A DNA stretch of 63,438 bases, the filler included, from Anaerolineae bacterium (GTDB taxonomy: Bacteria; Chloroflexota; Anaerolineae; Epilineales; Epilineaceae): assembly GCA_029262755.1 (NCBI GenBank). It is 5 parts of 5 records of this genome, joined end to end, with 100 filler letters (N's around TTAATTAATTAA, not from the genome) between each part and the next. Parts side by side here need not be neighbours in the genome. Positions count along the whole stretch, not along the records: positions 30,227 to 51,068 come from JAJCYU010000164.1; 4 more parts are not named here. One strand, given 5' to 3'. The position numbers and the translations under genes are program-made. Shown piece by piece: positions 31,557 to 41,190 of the stretch (its first letter is position 1; each line of letters begins with the position of its first letter). The notes below the pieces were generated by a model that had not been told where the DNA came from, ran no database searches, and saw only the letters and a list, made by a program, of their open reading frames with translations.

Positions 31557-32546
31557 CTAGCCCACCATCCCGCGCGAGTAGAGAAGCGCCATGCCCAGGC
31601 CGTAGACCGTGATCAATAGCGCCGCGTCCACCTCTAGCGGGCCCACGCGTTTTTCCAATCGGCTCACGTTGCCCAGCAGGCCGAGGGCTGTCATCAGCAA
31701 GCCCAGCATGGCCGCCAGCAGCATGTGGTCGTCGATGGCACCGAGGAAGCGGCCGTCGAGGTAGAAGAAGTCGGTGAAGGCCAGGGCGAAGATGTTGAAG
31801 ACGTTGCTGCCGTAGAGGTTGCCCACCGCCATGTCGTAGGCGCCGATCCGGATGGCCGCCAGCGTGGTCACCGCCTCGGGCAGCGAGGTCACGATGGCCA
31901 CCGCAAACGCGCCGATGAAGCCGGCCCCGACGCCCGTCGCCACCGCGATATCGGCCGCGCTGCGCACCATGGGCGGCGTCGCGATGAGCAGCAGCGCGCA
32001 TCCCGCCGCAAAACCAAGGGCGCCGCGCCACAATGGGGGCATGTCCGCCGGAATGTGCTTCGCAGCCTCGCCGGCCGCCTCGGAAGGGCGCGCACCGCTG
32101 AGCAGCTTCACGCCCAGCAGGTAGCCGGCCATCAGTATCAGGCTATCCAGGCCGAGCGGACCGAAGGACCACGGCAGATCGGCCATGATGAAGAATATGG
32201 TGGCGCCGATCATCAGCACCGCCATCGTCCCCCCGATGGCATGCGCAAACTGCACGTGCCGCAGCAGGCGCACTTTGCGGTGCGTCGCGTCGAGCAGCCC
32301 CAGCAGGAACATATTGAACATACAGCTGCCGAAGATGTTGCCCGCCGCCATGCTCGGCAGATCCTCGCCTAGGGCGGCGATCATGGTCAGCAGCTCGGGC
32401 AGCGACGTCGCCAGCGCCAGCAACATAGTGCCGACGAACATCCCGCCGAAGCGGGTGCGCACGGCAATCACGTCGCCGGCGCTCGCCAACATATGCGCCG
32501 CGATCACGATCACCGCGGCGCTCACCGCAAATGTCAGCCAGATCAT
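31557..32546 (-). CDS. Sodium:calcium (CaCA family) antiporter
   Basis: Two alpha repeats: ATSLPE..GNIFGSCMFN and VTSLPE..GNLYGSNVFN. Confidence 0.92.
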   Translation of the reverse strand: MIWLTFAVSAAVIVIAAHMLASAGDVIAVRTRFGGMFVGTMLLALATSLPELLTMIAALGEDLPSMAAGNIFGSCMFNMFLLGLLDATHRKVRLLRHVQFAHAIGGTMAVLMIGATIFFIMADLPWSFGPLGLDSLILMAGYLLGVKLLSGARPSEAAGEAAKHIPADMPPLWRGALGFAAGCALLLIATPPMVRSAADIAVATGVGAGFIGAFAVAIVTSLPEAVTTLAAIRIGAYDMAVGNLYGSNVFNIFALAFTDFFYLDGRFLGAIDDHMLLAAMLGLLMTALGLLGNVSRLEKRVGPLEVDAALLITVYGLGMALLYSRGMVG

Positions 32547-32935
32547 GCCTGTTCCTCTGGCTCCGCGTCCTTCTTAATCGCCCCCTTGACAAAGCTCACC
32601 GGCCACGCCGCGAACACCCCCGTATGCGGCCCATCCAGATCTCCGACGACCGATTCGGCTGCTTGGAGGCCAGCGTCGACCATCTCGCGTCCGGCAACGA
32701 TCGCTACCAGCGTGAAGTGGCCTGCGTGGGTGCTCTCGAAGATCCGCGGGAATCCGAAGGCGTAGCGCGCACCGAGGGCGCGGGCGCGGCGGCGGAGGAG
32801 GCCGGTGCTCTCCATGATCGTTACGCCGCGGAGGCCTACGTTGAACCACGCATCGAGGACGGCGTCGAGGTGGTTGGGGTCGTCTAGGACGAGCATGACG
32901 TGGTAGTGGGTGGGGGTGGGGGCGGGGGTGGTCAT
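32543..32935 (-). CDS. PII-like (GlnB-fold) protein
   Basis: VLDAW..GLRGVTIMESTG...VVGDLDGPHTGVFAAWPV; ATGA overlap with the antiporter. Confidence 0.7.
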   Translation of the reverse strand: MTTPAPTPTHYHVMLVLDDPNHLDAVLDAWFNVGLRGVTIMESTGLLRRRARALGARYAFGFPRIFESTHAGHFTLVAIVAGREMVDAGLQAAESVVGDLDGPHTGVFAAWPVSFVKGAIKKDAEPEEQA

Positions 32936-33150
32936 GGGGGCTCCTCGACGCTTGATGCGATTCCGGCCTCAGGCGGGCGGATCTTAGCGTCAAACGCGAT
33001 TGGTAGTCACGCTCGGGCCGTGCTCAAGGCACAAGAACTGGCCGCCGCAGCTACGCGGCGGCCAGTTTCGGTTGGGCCTACTTGCTTGGCCGATGCTTAC
33101 TATCGGTCGAACTCTCCGGGCGAAGCCCCGATTGCACTGGGATCCAGAAC

Positions 33151-36100
33151 CTACTCCCGCCCAATGTTGAGGGCCGGCAGGTAGATATCGGGGACAGCTT
33201 CAATCCATCCCTCTGGCTGCCAGACTACCGGGATCGTGACCATTCGTGCGTCGCCGGCAGGGCCAATCAGCAGCATCCCTTCGCTGCCGGGCACGAGTCC
33301 AGCAACATCATCGGCACACACCCGGATCTCACTCGGAGTCGAACTTGCCAGTGTCGAACCAAGTCCTGTCGCGAGAATATCCTGACCGTAGACTGCCTTG
33401 ACTGTCAGTTCGAAAGCCGCCTCGCCCGCCACCTGCCAGCCATGGACCCATACTTGATACGCGCCTGCAGCGCGAACAGTAGTAGCAAGAATGTGCTCTG
33501 AATCTGTGGGAGACTGGCTGTCGCCAAGGCTTTCCCCCTCCCACTCAAACACCCCGTCCCCATTCGCATCGTACATCAGGAACATGTCCAAATCCGTCCC
33601 ATCCCCCGGCCCCTCCAACGTGATCTCCAGCCACTGCGCCTCTTCGGGCAGCGTGAAGTCGTACTCCCAGCTGTCGAAGCTCGGGTTCCCCGTATCCACC
33701 GTCTGCGTCACCGTGCCCGTGGCCGTCATCGGCAACGTCAGGCCGGCGGCGGTCATGACGACGTCGTCAAACGTGAAGTCGCTGATCAGCGTGATGTTCG
33801 TGCATTCCTCGCCAACGATGATCGGGAGCTCCGGCGCCCAACGGATGCTGCCGACGGTGGTTTCGAAGGGCATCTCGAACTGCTTGCCGCTGTGGAGGAC
33901 GTGGTCGAGCATGAGCTCGTGGAGGCCGCGGCGGGCTTCGCCGGTGATGCGGTCCAGGTTGCCGCCGGTGCTGGTGTTGAAGGGCCAGCGGCCGGCGCCG
34001 TTGCCTTGGGCGCTGACGAGGCGGGGGCTGGTGGCGACCTGTTCCATGGTGTGGGGGCCGTAGAATTCGGGGTCGGAGAAGTCGGTTTGGTTGCCTTCCT
34101 CGTCCGGCTGGTTGGCGGGGTGGGCGGGGTTGGAGAATTGGTCGGAGACGGGGCCGTAGAGCTGGGTGTCGATGTCGGCCTGGCCTTCAGACTCGTCCGT
34201 CCACTTCGTCTCGACGAGGAACTTGGTGCCCCAGCCCGGGGGCGGGGGTAGGACGTCGAAGAAGAAGAAGCGCCAATCGCCCGATTCCGCGCGCCAACTC
34301 CAGGCTTGGCGGCCGCTGACGGCGCCGTTGTTGTAGGGGTCGTCGGCGTCGTTGGCGGCGTCACCGCCGAAGGTGATGGGTCCGTCCCACGCGAAGCGGC
34401 CGGCCACGTTGGCGATGACGGGGATGACCACGCGCTGGTGATCGAGCTCCCAGCCGCCCTCGCCTTCGTGGGCGGGGTCGGCGTCGTCGCGGGCGTAGTC
34501 GGCGAAGATCGCACCCGGGAAAGCGCCGAGAGCGTGGTCCGCGTCGACATCGAGCGTGGCCTGGAAGGTGGCCATGCCCGGCGCGTCGCCGCTGGCGGCG
34601 GGAACGGTGACCTGGGCGGCGCCGGTGCCAAGCGCGTCCCAGTCCTCGTACTTGTAGTAGGAGATGCGGAAGCGGAAGTTGGCGTCGACGATGGCCGGGT
34701 TGCGGCCGCTGCCGTGGTGCCAAATGCCGATGTACATGCCGGAGGCCCAGCGCTCGAGGGGGTGGTGGACGCTGACCATCTGGTTGTTGGCCTGGTTGCC
34801 GTTGTAGCTGAAGCGGACGTACTCGCCCTCCTGGATTTCCGAGTTCTCGTAGTCCACGCGGCGGGTGCTGCCACCGCTGGCGTCCAGGATGTTGGTGATG
34901 TCGTCGGTCAGCGCCTTGTCGACGTGGCCGTTGCCGTTGGCGTCGTCCCAGAGGAGCTGGTCGTCGTTCCAGTCCGTGTGCTGGAAGATGCCGGCGCGCC
35001 AGTAGGCCTCGGGGCGCTGGTTGCCGTCCGGGTCTTCGGCGGTGACGTTGGCGTCCACGCCGTCCAGCGGCAGGATCCACTCGACGCGCATGAGGTCGGT
35101 GCCCTCGGGCACCTCGGCGCGTTGGAGCTCGATGAGGTAGTCCACGGCCATGAAGGCGTATTCGGTCTCTTCCGAGATCGGGATCGTCTGGAAGTCGAAC
35201 TCCTTCATGTCGACGCGGCGCAGGCGCTGGCCGGAGAGATCGACGGAGATCGGCTCGTCGCCGTGGTTGTAGAGCGTGAAGTCCTGCGTGGCCTCGGTGC
35301 CCGGCATGACGACCTTGGCGAAGGCCTCGTGGCGCTTGCCCTTGTAATCGCCCGCGTTCCACTCGCTGGGCGAGGCGTGCACGCCGTGCGAGCCCGTCGC
35401 GATGCGGACGAGGTCGCCGCCGTCGAGGACGCCGGCGCCCATCGTGAGGACGTCGTAGCCGTTGTAGCGGCCGGCGGCCATGGCGATGCTGCGGGTCTCT
35501 TCCCAGGTGGGCCAGCGGTCGTGGGTGGCCTTGAAGGCCTGGTACATGTTGGCCAGCAAGCCGGCCGCGATGGGCGAGCTGCGGCTCGTGCCTCCCCAGG
35601 TGCCGTTGCCGTGATCGCCGCCGCGGAAGGCCTCGCCGCGGCTGGCGTCGGTGGTGATCGTGTTGATGAGGTTGGCGCCGGCGGCGTAGGCACCGTCGGT
35701 GGCCACGTGCGGGCCGACGTTGCCGACGGCGGTCGGGCCGCGGTTGGAGAAGGGCGAGATGTCGCCGTAGGTGATCTGGGAGGTCTCGTACATCGAGTCC
35801 CAGCCCGTGGAGCCCATCTGGGTGCTGGCGCCGATGTTCATCGACGTAGCCGGAACGGGCGAGGCGATCGTGCCGTAGCCCGGGCCACCGTTACCCGTGG
35901 AGAACAGCGCCACGGCCGAGGGGTTGAAGGTGCGCACGTAGTAATCGTGCATGCGCGAGCCGTTGTTCCAGCCCTCATCGTCCTGCGAGGAGTTGCCGTA
36001 GCTGTTGGACGTGATCTGAACATCGTCAGAGGGGTCCGTGGGATCCGCGCCCATGAGCGCGAAGCGCCAGGATTGGTCCAGGCTGGCCAGCGCGTAGCCC

Positions 36101-37707
36101 ACGGCAACCAACTCGGCCTCGGGCGCCATGCCCGGGTTCATCGGGTTGGGCTTGCCGTCGCCGGGCAGGTCGCGGTAGCTGATCGTAAGGTTGCCCGGAA
36201 CGCCGATGCGGCCACGCGAGGCGATATTCGAACCGCAGAGCGTGCCGTGGCCGCCGCCTGCCGCGTTGTCGGTGTGGATGGCGACGTACTTGCCGGCCGG
36301 CGGGGCCTGGTCGTAGCCGGCCAACCAGCTGCCGGGATAGGGCGTCTCGCCGTCGGCGATCCAATAGAGCAGGCCCGCGGACAGGTCCGCGATGCCGTCG
36401 CCGGTGACGTCGCGCCAGCCGAGTGGGCTGGCCTTGGTCATGGGCTTGTCGTTGGTGAAGTCATGGTCGACGTCGAGATCGACGTAGACCGTGTCGTAGA
36501 CCCCGGCCGTGTCGGAATCCACAAGCAGCACGCTGGGGAACTCGGCCATCAGCGGATCGGGCTTGTACTCCGGGTTGCCGGCCGCGCGGCCCGCGAAGAA
36601 GTCGTGGTGCAGGCCCACCATCACCTTGCCGCTCTGCGACGGCGGGAAGATCCAGTTGCAGGTGGGCTCCATCGGCCCGTTGAACTGCTGCCCGTTGGGC
36701 CGCACGAAGCGCCCTGTGGTGCCCAAGCAGCCCGTGTAGACCTCGCGGCCGCCGATCTCGCCCAGCGTGGGCGTGACCGTCTGGCTGAGCTGGATGATAT
36801 CGAGCTTAGGCTGCGACGGCTCCGCGGTCAGGACACGGTTGGGCGGACCCTGGCCGGTCTCGTCGAGCACCATGCGCTGCAGGCCGAGGGGGTCGAAGGC
36901 CATCGGCCAACCCTCGTGCATGTGGCCTTCCGGGTATACGGCCCACGAATCCTGGAGATCCGGGTGACCGAAGTCGACGGAGGTGTCGATGACCGCCACC
37001 TTCACGCCCGCGCCCTTGTAGCCCATCTCCCATGCCTCGGCGGCGGAGTGACCCTTGCGGCTGTCGAACCAGCCGTCCGTCGTGGCCGCGCCGTCCACGA
37101 AGGAGTTGGGCGCCGTCTGCTGCTGCGCGAGCAGCGTCGCGGTCTCGTCCCACGTCGGCGCGGCGTCGAAGGCGGCGCGCAGCTCGGCGGCGTCCGCCGG
37201 CAGCGTGGCGGCAAGGGACATGTCCGGCTCGACGAGCGGCACCTCGGCCGAAGCCTCCATCACGAAGTCGGGATCGGACCACTGCACCTTGGCCACGCCG
37301 GGCAGCGCCGCGATGCGCACCACGTCCGCGCTACGCACCCAGGCGGTGGCAACCTGCTCGCCGGCGGGCCAGGAGAACTGGCGCACCTGATCGCTGAAGC
37401 CGGTAAGGTCCAGCCGCTCGAGCGACTGGATCGTGACCAGCGTGCGCTCCGGCGCGCTGCCGTCCGCGACGGCGGCGCGCAGCTCCGGCTGCACCTTCTG
37501 CGCGGGCGCGACGGACGCCATGCCACGCAAGATCGCCTTGGCCGAAACCGGCGCGGGCGCCAGCGCCTCTTCGACGGAAGCCAGCGGCCCGTCGTGGACC
37601 GCGTGGTCGTCCGCATCGCGGGCGGTGAGCAGGAACATCGGTAGAGCCATGACCACCAGCAGGCCAAGGGCCAACAGCGGCAGGCGCAAACGCAGAGCGC
37701 GAAGCAT
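33151..37707 (-). CDS. Large secreted S8 subtilase (pyrolysin-like) with C-terminal PPC-like domain
   Basis: GGAGG RBS and signal peptide; triad VAVIDT / GHGT / GGTSRSSP; oxyanion STGNGG; long Asp-His insertion; TDLDMFL. Confidence 0.93.
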   Translation of the reverse strand: MLRALRLRLPLLALGLLVVMALPMFLLTARDADDHAVHDGPLASVEEALAPAPVSAKAILRGMASVAPAQKVQPELRAAVADGSAPERTLVTIQSLERLDLTGFSDQVRQFSWPAGEQVATAWVRSADVVRIAALPGVAKVQWSDPDFVMEASAEVPLVEPDMSLAATLPADAAELRAAFDAAPTWDETATLLAQQQTAPNSFVDGAATTDGWFDSRKGHSAAEAWEMGYKGAGVKVAVIDTSVDFGHPDLQDSWAVYPEGHMHEGWPMAFDPLGLQRMVLDETGQGPPNRVLTAEPSQPKLDIIQLSQTVTPTLGEIGGREVYTGCLGTTGRFVRPNGQQFNGPMEPTCNWIFPPSQSGKVMVGLHHDFFAGRAAGNPEYKPDPLMAEFPSVLLVDSDTAGVYDTVYVDLDVDHDFTNDKPMTKASPLGWRDVTGDGIADLSAGLLYWIADGETPYPGSWLAGYDQAPPAGKYVAIHTDNAAGGGHGTLCGSNIASRGRIGVPGNLTISYRDLPGDGKPNPMNPGMAPEAELVAVGYALASLDQSWRFALMGADPTDPSDDVQITSNSYGNSSQDDEGWNNGSRMHDYYVRTFNPSAVALFSTGNGGPGYGTIASPVPATSMNIGASTQMGSTGWDSMYETSQITYGDISPFSNRGPTAVGNVGPHVATDGAYAAGANLINTITTDASRGEAFRGGDHGNGTWGGTSRSSPIAAGLLANMYQAFKATHDRWPTWEETRSIAMAAGRYNGYDVLTMGAGVLDGGDLVRIATGSHGVHASPSEWNAGDYKGKRHEAFAKVVMPGTEATQDFTLYNHGDEPISVDLSGQRLRRVDMKEFDFQTIPISEETEYAFMAVDYLIELQRAEVPEGTDLMRVEWILPLDGVDANVTAEDPDGNQRPEAYWRAGIFQHTDWNDDQLLWDDANGNGHVDKALTDDITNILDASGGSTRRVDYENSEIQEGEYVRFSYNGNQANNQMVSVHHPLERWASGMYIGIWHHGSGRNPAIVDANFRFRISYYKYEDWDALGTGAAQVTVPAASGDAPGMATFQATLDVDADHALGAFPGAIFADYARDDADPAHEGEGGWELDHQRVVIPVIANVAGRFAWDGPITFGGDAANDADDPYNNGAVSGRQAWSWRAESGDWRFFFFDVLPPPPGWGTKFLVETKWTDESEGQADIDTQLYGPVSDQFSNPAHPANQPDEEGNQTDFSDPEFYGPHTMEQVATSPRLVSAQGNGAGRWPFNTSTGGNLDRITGEARRGLHELMLDHVLHSGKQFEMPFETTVGSIRWAPELPIIVGEECTNITLISDFTFDDVVMTAAGLTLPMTATGTVTQTVDTGNPSFDSWEYDFTLPEEAQWLEITLEGPGDGTDLDMFLMYDANGDGVFEWEGESLGDSQSPTDSEHILATTVRAAGAYQVWVHGWQVAGEAAFELTVKAVYGQDILATGLGSTLASSTPSEIRVCADDVAGLVPGSEGMLLIGPAGDARMVTIPVVWQPEGWIEAVPDIYLPALNIGRE

Positions 37708-37756
37708 GGGCGTCCTCCAGGGACAGGTCACTCGGGGTCATTCATCGTGTACGGAT

Positions 37757-37792
37757 TTCGGGGTGAATGTACTTCGGGGTGAATGTACTTCG
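37757..37792. repeat. Perfect 16-bp tandem repeat (2.25 copies) upstream of the subtilase
   Basis: TTCGGGGTGAATGTAC-TTCGGGGTGAATGTAC-TTCG. Confidence 0.9.
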
Positions 37793-38133
37793 AGCGCGCA
37801 AACAGCCCGGCAGTGTACTGGAACGGTGGGGGGCGCGGTAGTGTGACGTCCAAGAGGAGGAACACCCCGACCCCCTCCCCATTAGCAAGCGACCTCGCGG
37901 AGGCCCATGATGAACGCTGACGGTGAGGCGTATTGGATCAAAGGCCTACGTGTTCCAGCTTGACGCCGCATGCCTACGCCTTGCCTATCGTGCATCACCC
38001 TATCCGGGAATCCCCTCGCGGTGGGCACGACAAGACTTCGTACGACGGGTATTGGAACCGTGTGACGGCCTGGGAACTCCGCCGCCCGCATCTACCCCAC
38101 GACGAGGCCAGCAACAATCTAAGGAGCGACTCC

Positions 38134-39555
38134 ATGCCACGATTCGTGGTTGGATCGCATGACGGCGGCTTCCAAAACGTGGAAGCGGCCGAATTGGCCT
38201 CGTTGCGCAATTCTCTCGTGGGTGAGGTACTGACGCCCAACGACATCCGCTACAACGAAGTAAGGCGAGTCTGGAACGGGATGATTGACCGTCACCCAGG
38301 TCTCATCGCGCAATGCGCGAGCGCAGATGACGTGCAACAGGTGATTCGGTTCGCACGCGAGCGCGGGCTGCTGGTCTCCGTTCGCGGCGGTGGCCACAAC
38401 ATCGCCGGCAATTCGTTGCACGACGGCGCTCTCCTGATCGACCTGTCGCCGATGAACAGCGTGCAGGTGGATCCGGAAGCGCGCACGGCAACGGTGGGTC
38501 CCGGCGCAACGCTGGGCGACCTCGATGGCGCGACGCAGGCCCACGGGCTTGCCACGCCGCTTGGCATCAACTCGACGACCGGCGTCGCCGGTCTGACCCT
38601 GGGCGGAGGCTTCGGCTGGCTGAGCCGATCGCTTGGCCTGACCATCGACAACCTGATCGGCGCCGAGGTCGTCACGGCAGCGGGCGACCGCGTCTGGTGC
38701 GACGCCGACACCGAGCCGGACCTGTTTTGGGCGACGCGCGGCGGCGGCGGCAACTTCGGCGTGGTCACCTCCTTCAAGTTCGCACTGCACGCCGTGGGGC
38801 CGGAGGTCATGAGCGGCCCCGTCGTGTTCGACGGTGAGCGCGCGGCCGAGATCCTGCGCGGGTACCGCGACGCGTGCGCGAACTGCCCCGAGGCGCTCTC
38901 CGTGTGGGCGGTCCTGCGCGCGGCGCCGCCGATGCCCTTCCTGCCGGAGGAAGTGCACGGACAGCCCGTTGTACTGCTGCCCGGCATGTATCAAGGGCCG
39001 ATGGAGGAGGCCGATGCTGCCTTCGCGTCGTTTCGCGCGCTCGCAGAGCCTGTGGGCGACGCGTTCGGTCCCCACCCCTACGCCGCCTTCCAGCAGGCCT
39101 TCGACCCGTTGCTCACGCCGGGCGCACGCAATTACTGGAAGAGCCACAACTTCAAAGGGCTCAGCGACGACCTGATTGACACCATCGCCGACTTCGCGGG
39201 GCGGCTGCCCAGCAAGCACTCGGAGATCTTCCTGGCCCAGATGGGCGGTGCGACCAACCGCGTCGCAACCGACGCCACCGCCTACCCACACCGCGACGCC
39301 GAGTTCGTGCTGAACGTGCATACCCGCTGGTTGAATCCGGCCGACGATGATGCATGCATGGCATGGGCACGGGAGTTCTACGATGCCACCCTGCCCTACT
39401 CGACAGGCGGCGTGTACGTGAACTTCATCAGCGAAGGAGAGGACCGCGTCCACAACGCCTACGGCCCGAACTACGCTCGGCTGGCCGCGGTGAAGGCATA
39501 CTACGATCCCACCAACTTCTTCCGCCTCAACCAGAACATCACGCCGGCGCGCTGA
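38134..39555 (+). CDS. FAD-linked oxidase (berberine-bridge-enzyme-like)
   Basis: AAGGAG RBS; RGGGH, TGVAGLTLGGG, RGGGGNFG, YVNF, YDPTNFFRLNQNI. Confidence 0.95.
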   Translation: MPRFVVGSHDGGFQNVEAAELASLRNSLVGEVLTPNDIRYNEVRRVWNGMIDRHPGLIAQCASADDVQQVIRFARERGLLVSVRGGGHNIAGNSLHDGALLIDLSPMNSVQVDPEARTATVGPGATLGDLDGATQAHGLATPLGINSTTGVAGLTLGGGFGWLSRSLGLTIDNLIGAEVVTAAGDRVWCDADTEPDLFWATRGGGGNFGVVTSFKFALHAVGPEVMSGPVVFDGERAAEILRGYRDACANCPEALSVWAVLRAAPPMPFLPEEVHGQPVVLLPGMYQGPMEEADAAFASFRALAEPVGDAFGPHPYAAFQQAFDPLLTPGARNYWKSHNFKGLSDDLIDTIADFAGRLPSKHSEIFLAQMGGATNRVATDATAYPHRDAEFVLNVHTRWLNPADDDACMAWAREFYDATLPYSTGGVYVNFISEGEDRVHNAYGPNYARLAAVKAYYDPTNFFRLNQNITPAR

Positions 39556-39624
39556 GCCCGGAGACGGAAGCCAGCGCCCCGACACCCACTTGCGACACCC
39601 GTTTCCCCGAGGAGGAAGTGACCG

Positions 39625-40044
39625 ATGCATGAGGAACAACGTGGATCCCGCGTGATCCCCGGCCTGCGCTACCGGGATGCGCCGGCGGCCATCGACTGGT
39701 TGTGCGACGTGTTCGGCTTCGAGCGCTCCCTGGTCGTGCCCGGTGACGAGGGGCGAATCGCCCACGCGCAGCTGCGACTCGGCAGCGGCATGGTCATGCT
39801 CGGCTCGCTCGTCGACGACGAATTCGGTCGGAGCCTTCGCGAGCCGCGCGAACTCGAGGGCGGCGTCACGCAGAGCGCGTATCTCGTCGTGGCCGATGTT
39901 GACGGCGTTCACGCGCGTGCCGTCGCGGCGGGCGCGGAGATGGTGATCGCCATCAAGGACGAGGACTATGGCGGGCGAGGGTTCACGTGCCGCGATCTCG
40001 AGGGCCATGTGTGGAGCGTGGGCAGCTACGACCCCTGGGCCTAG
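39625..40044 (+). CDS. VOC/glyoxalase (PhnB-like) protein
   Basis: LRYRDAPAAIDWL, HAQL, DYGGRGF..RDLEGHVW. Confidence 0.92.
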   Translation: MHEEQRGSRVIPGLRYRDAPAAIDWLCDVFGFERSLVVPGDEGRIAHAQLRLGSGMVMLGSLVDDEFGRSLREPRELEGGVTQSAYLVVADVDGVHARAVAAGAEMVIAIKDEDYGGRGFTCRDLEGHVWSVGSYDPWA

Positions 40045-40115
40045 CGAGTAGAGGGGGTGGGCCTTCCACCGTGCCTGCGTACGCGTTCGCTTGGATCGGG
40101 CGCGTTCGCCGGACG

Positions 40116-40421
40116 CTACCCCGCGCTCTCATCGTGCGCGGGCTCATCGTCCCCGCCCCGGTCGCGCTCGCCGTGATCGCGCGTATTGACATCATCCGTA
40201 CGTTGCACCTGCGACGCGACGGCCTCGTTTAGCGTTGCCAGAAATGCGTCGAGCGGCACGCGGTGCACCCGCGCGGCCCACTCCACCGTGATGGCTTTGG
40301 TGAGCATGCGCCGCACGGAGTAGCCGGCGACGCGCTTCACGCCGAAGACCTCCATCACGTCGGCGATGTCGCCGTACTCTTCCAAGATCTCGGAAACCCG
40401 CGTGTCCTTGGTGATCTCCAT
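40116..40421 (-). CDS. DUF1858-like small protein
   Basis: ITKDTRVSEILEEY..VFG..TVEWAARVH..LNE pattern. Confidence 0.65.
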   Translation of the reverse strand: MEITKDTRVSEILEEYGDIADVMEVFGVKRVAGYSVRRMLTKAITVEWAARVHRVPLDAFLATLNEAVASQVQRTDDVNTRDHGERDRGGDDEPAHDESAG

Positions 40422-40647
40422 CGGCCTAGCCCCCTTCGAAGAAAGGCGCCGACCGATTCCCCGCTGAGGGGCCGAATGCTTCCAACCGAGCGCCGGAATG
40501 GGCAAATCACGCTCGGAAGTACTCCGATCGTGTGCGCACGGTATCGCGTTCGCCTGAGGCGGTCCATCGCGGACGCGTCAGGGCAGTGCGGGCGCCGCTC
40601 GGTTGCCGAGCCTCGCTACGCGGGTGAGGCACATGTCCTCGGATCGC

Positions 40648-40938
40648 CTACGCCGGCCGATCGCCCAGCCACATGCGTCCGAGCTTGGTCAGCCTCCAGC
40701 CCGGCGGGACCGCGTAGCGGTAGTACACGAGTCCGCGGCCCTTCAAGGCGTGCAGGTCCTCGTCCAGGCGTGCGGGATCGGCGGACAGGTGCTCCGCCAT
40801 CGTGATCGCACAGCCGCGGGTGCGCGGGATCGCGCGCAAGACCGCGCCACGTCGCATGCGCACAGCCTCCTCATCGTCACGGTCGGTCAAGGTCCCTGGT
40901 CGGCTCGCGCCGACCAGGTCGTACAGGGTGCGTGTCAT
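40648..40938 (-). CDS. Small winged-helix protein
   Basis: GGAGG RBS; MAEHL..LHALKGRGLV..WRLTKLG. Confidence 0.55.
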   Translation of the reverse strand: MTRTLYDLVGASRPGTLTDRDDEEAVRMRRGAVLRAIPRTRGCAITMAEHLSADPARLDEDLHALKGRGLVYYRYAVPPGWRLTKLGRMWLGDRPA

Positions 40939-41190
40939 CTTGCCCTCCAGCAGATGGTTGTCCCTTCCTGCCTGATGACGACGAACGAGGCGACAGGTAA
41001 CACGCGCGCGGCCAACCGTCGCTCCGCGTAGACAGCGAGAGGGCATACAATGGGCGTGCAACCCAAGCTCTCTTCCTCCGTACGCTTTCCCCGGCCGACA
41101 CGCTGGTCCTCGTGTTGCGCGGCTGCTGCCGCTGCAAAACGAGCGCACCGCGGGTCCCGCCGGCCGACTGCCCAACCCAAGGAGACCTTC

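Noticed and set aside
33151..33640. Diversity-generating retroelement variable region at the subtilase C-terminus
   Set aside because: No template repeat or reverse transcriptase seen in the window; the change looks like general codon usage, not adenine-specific
34306..37644. 1112-aa plus-strand ORF, and similar long ORFs at 4961-6874, 17044-19161, 38119-40008 and 40939-42456
   Set aside because: Antisense shadows of real high-GC3 genes; no recognisable motifs
37757..37792. CRISPR-like repeat
   Set aside because: Only 16 bp, directly tandem, with no spacers or cas genes; no CRISPR array seen anywhere in the window
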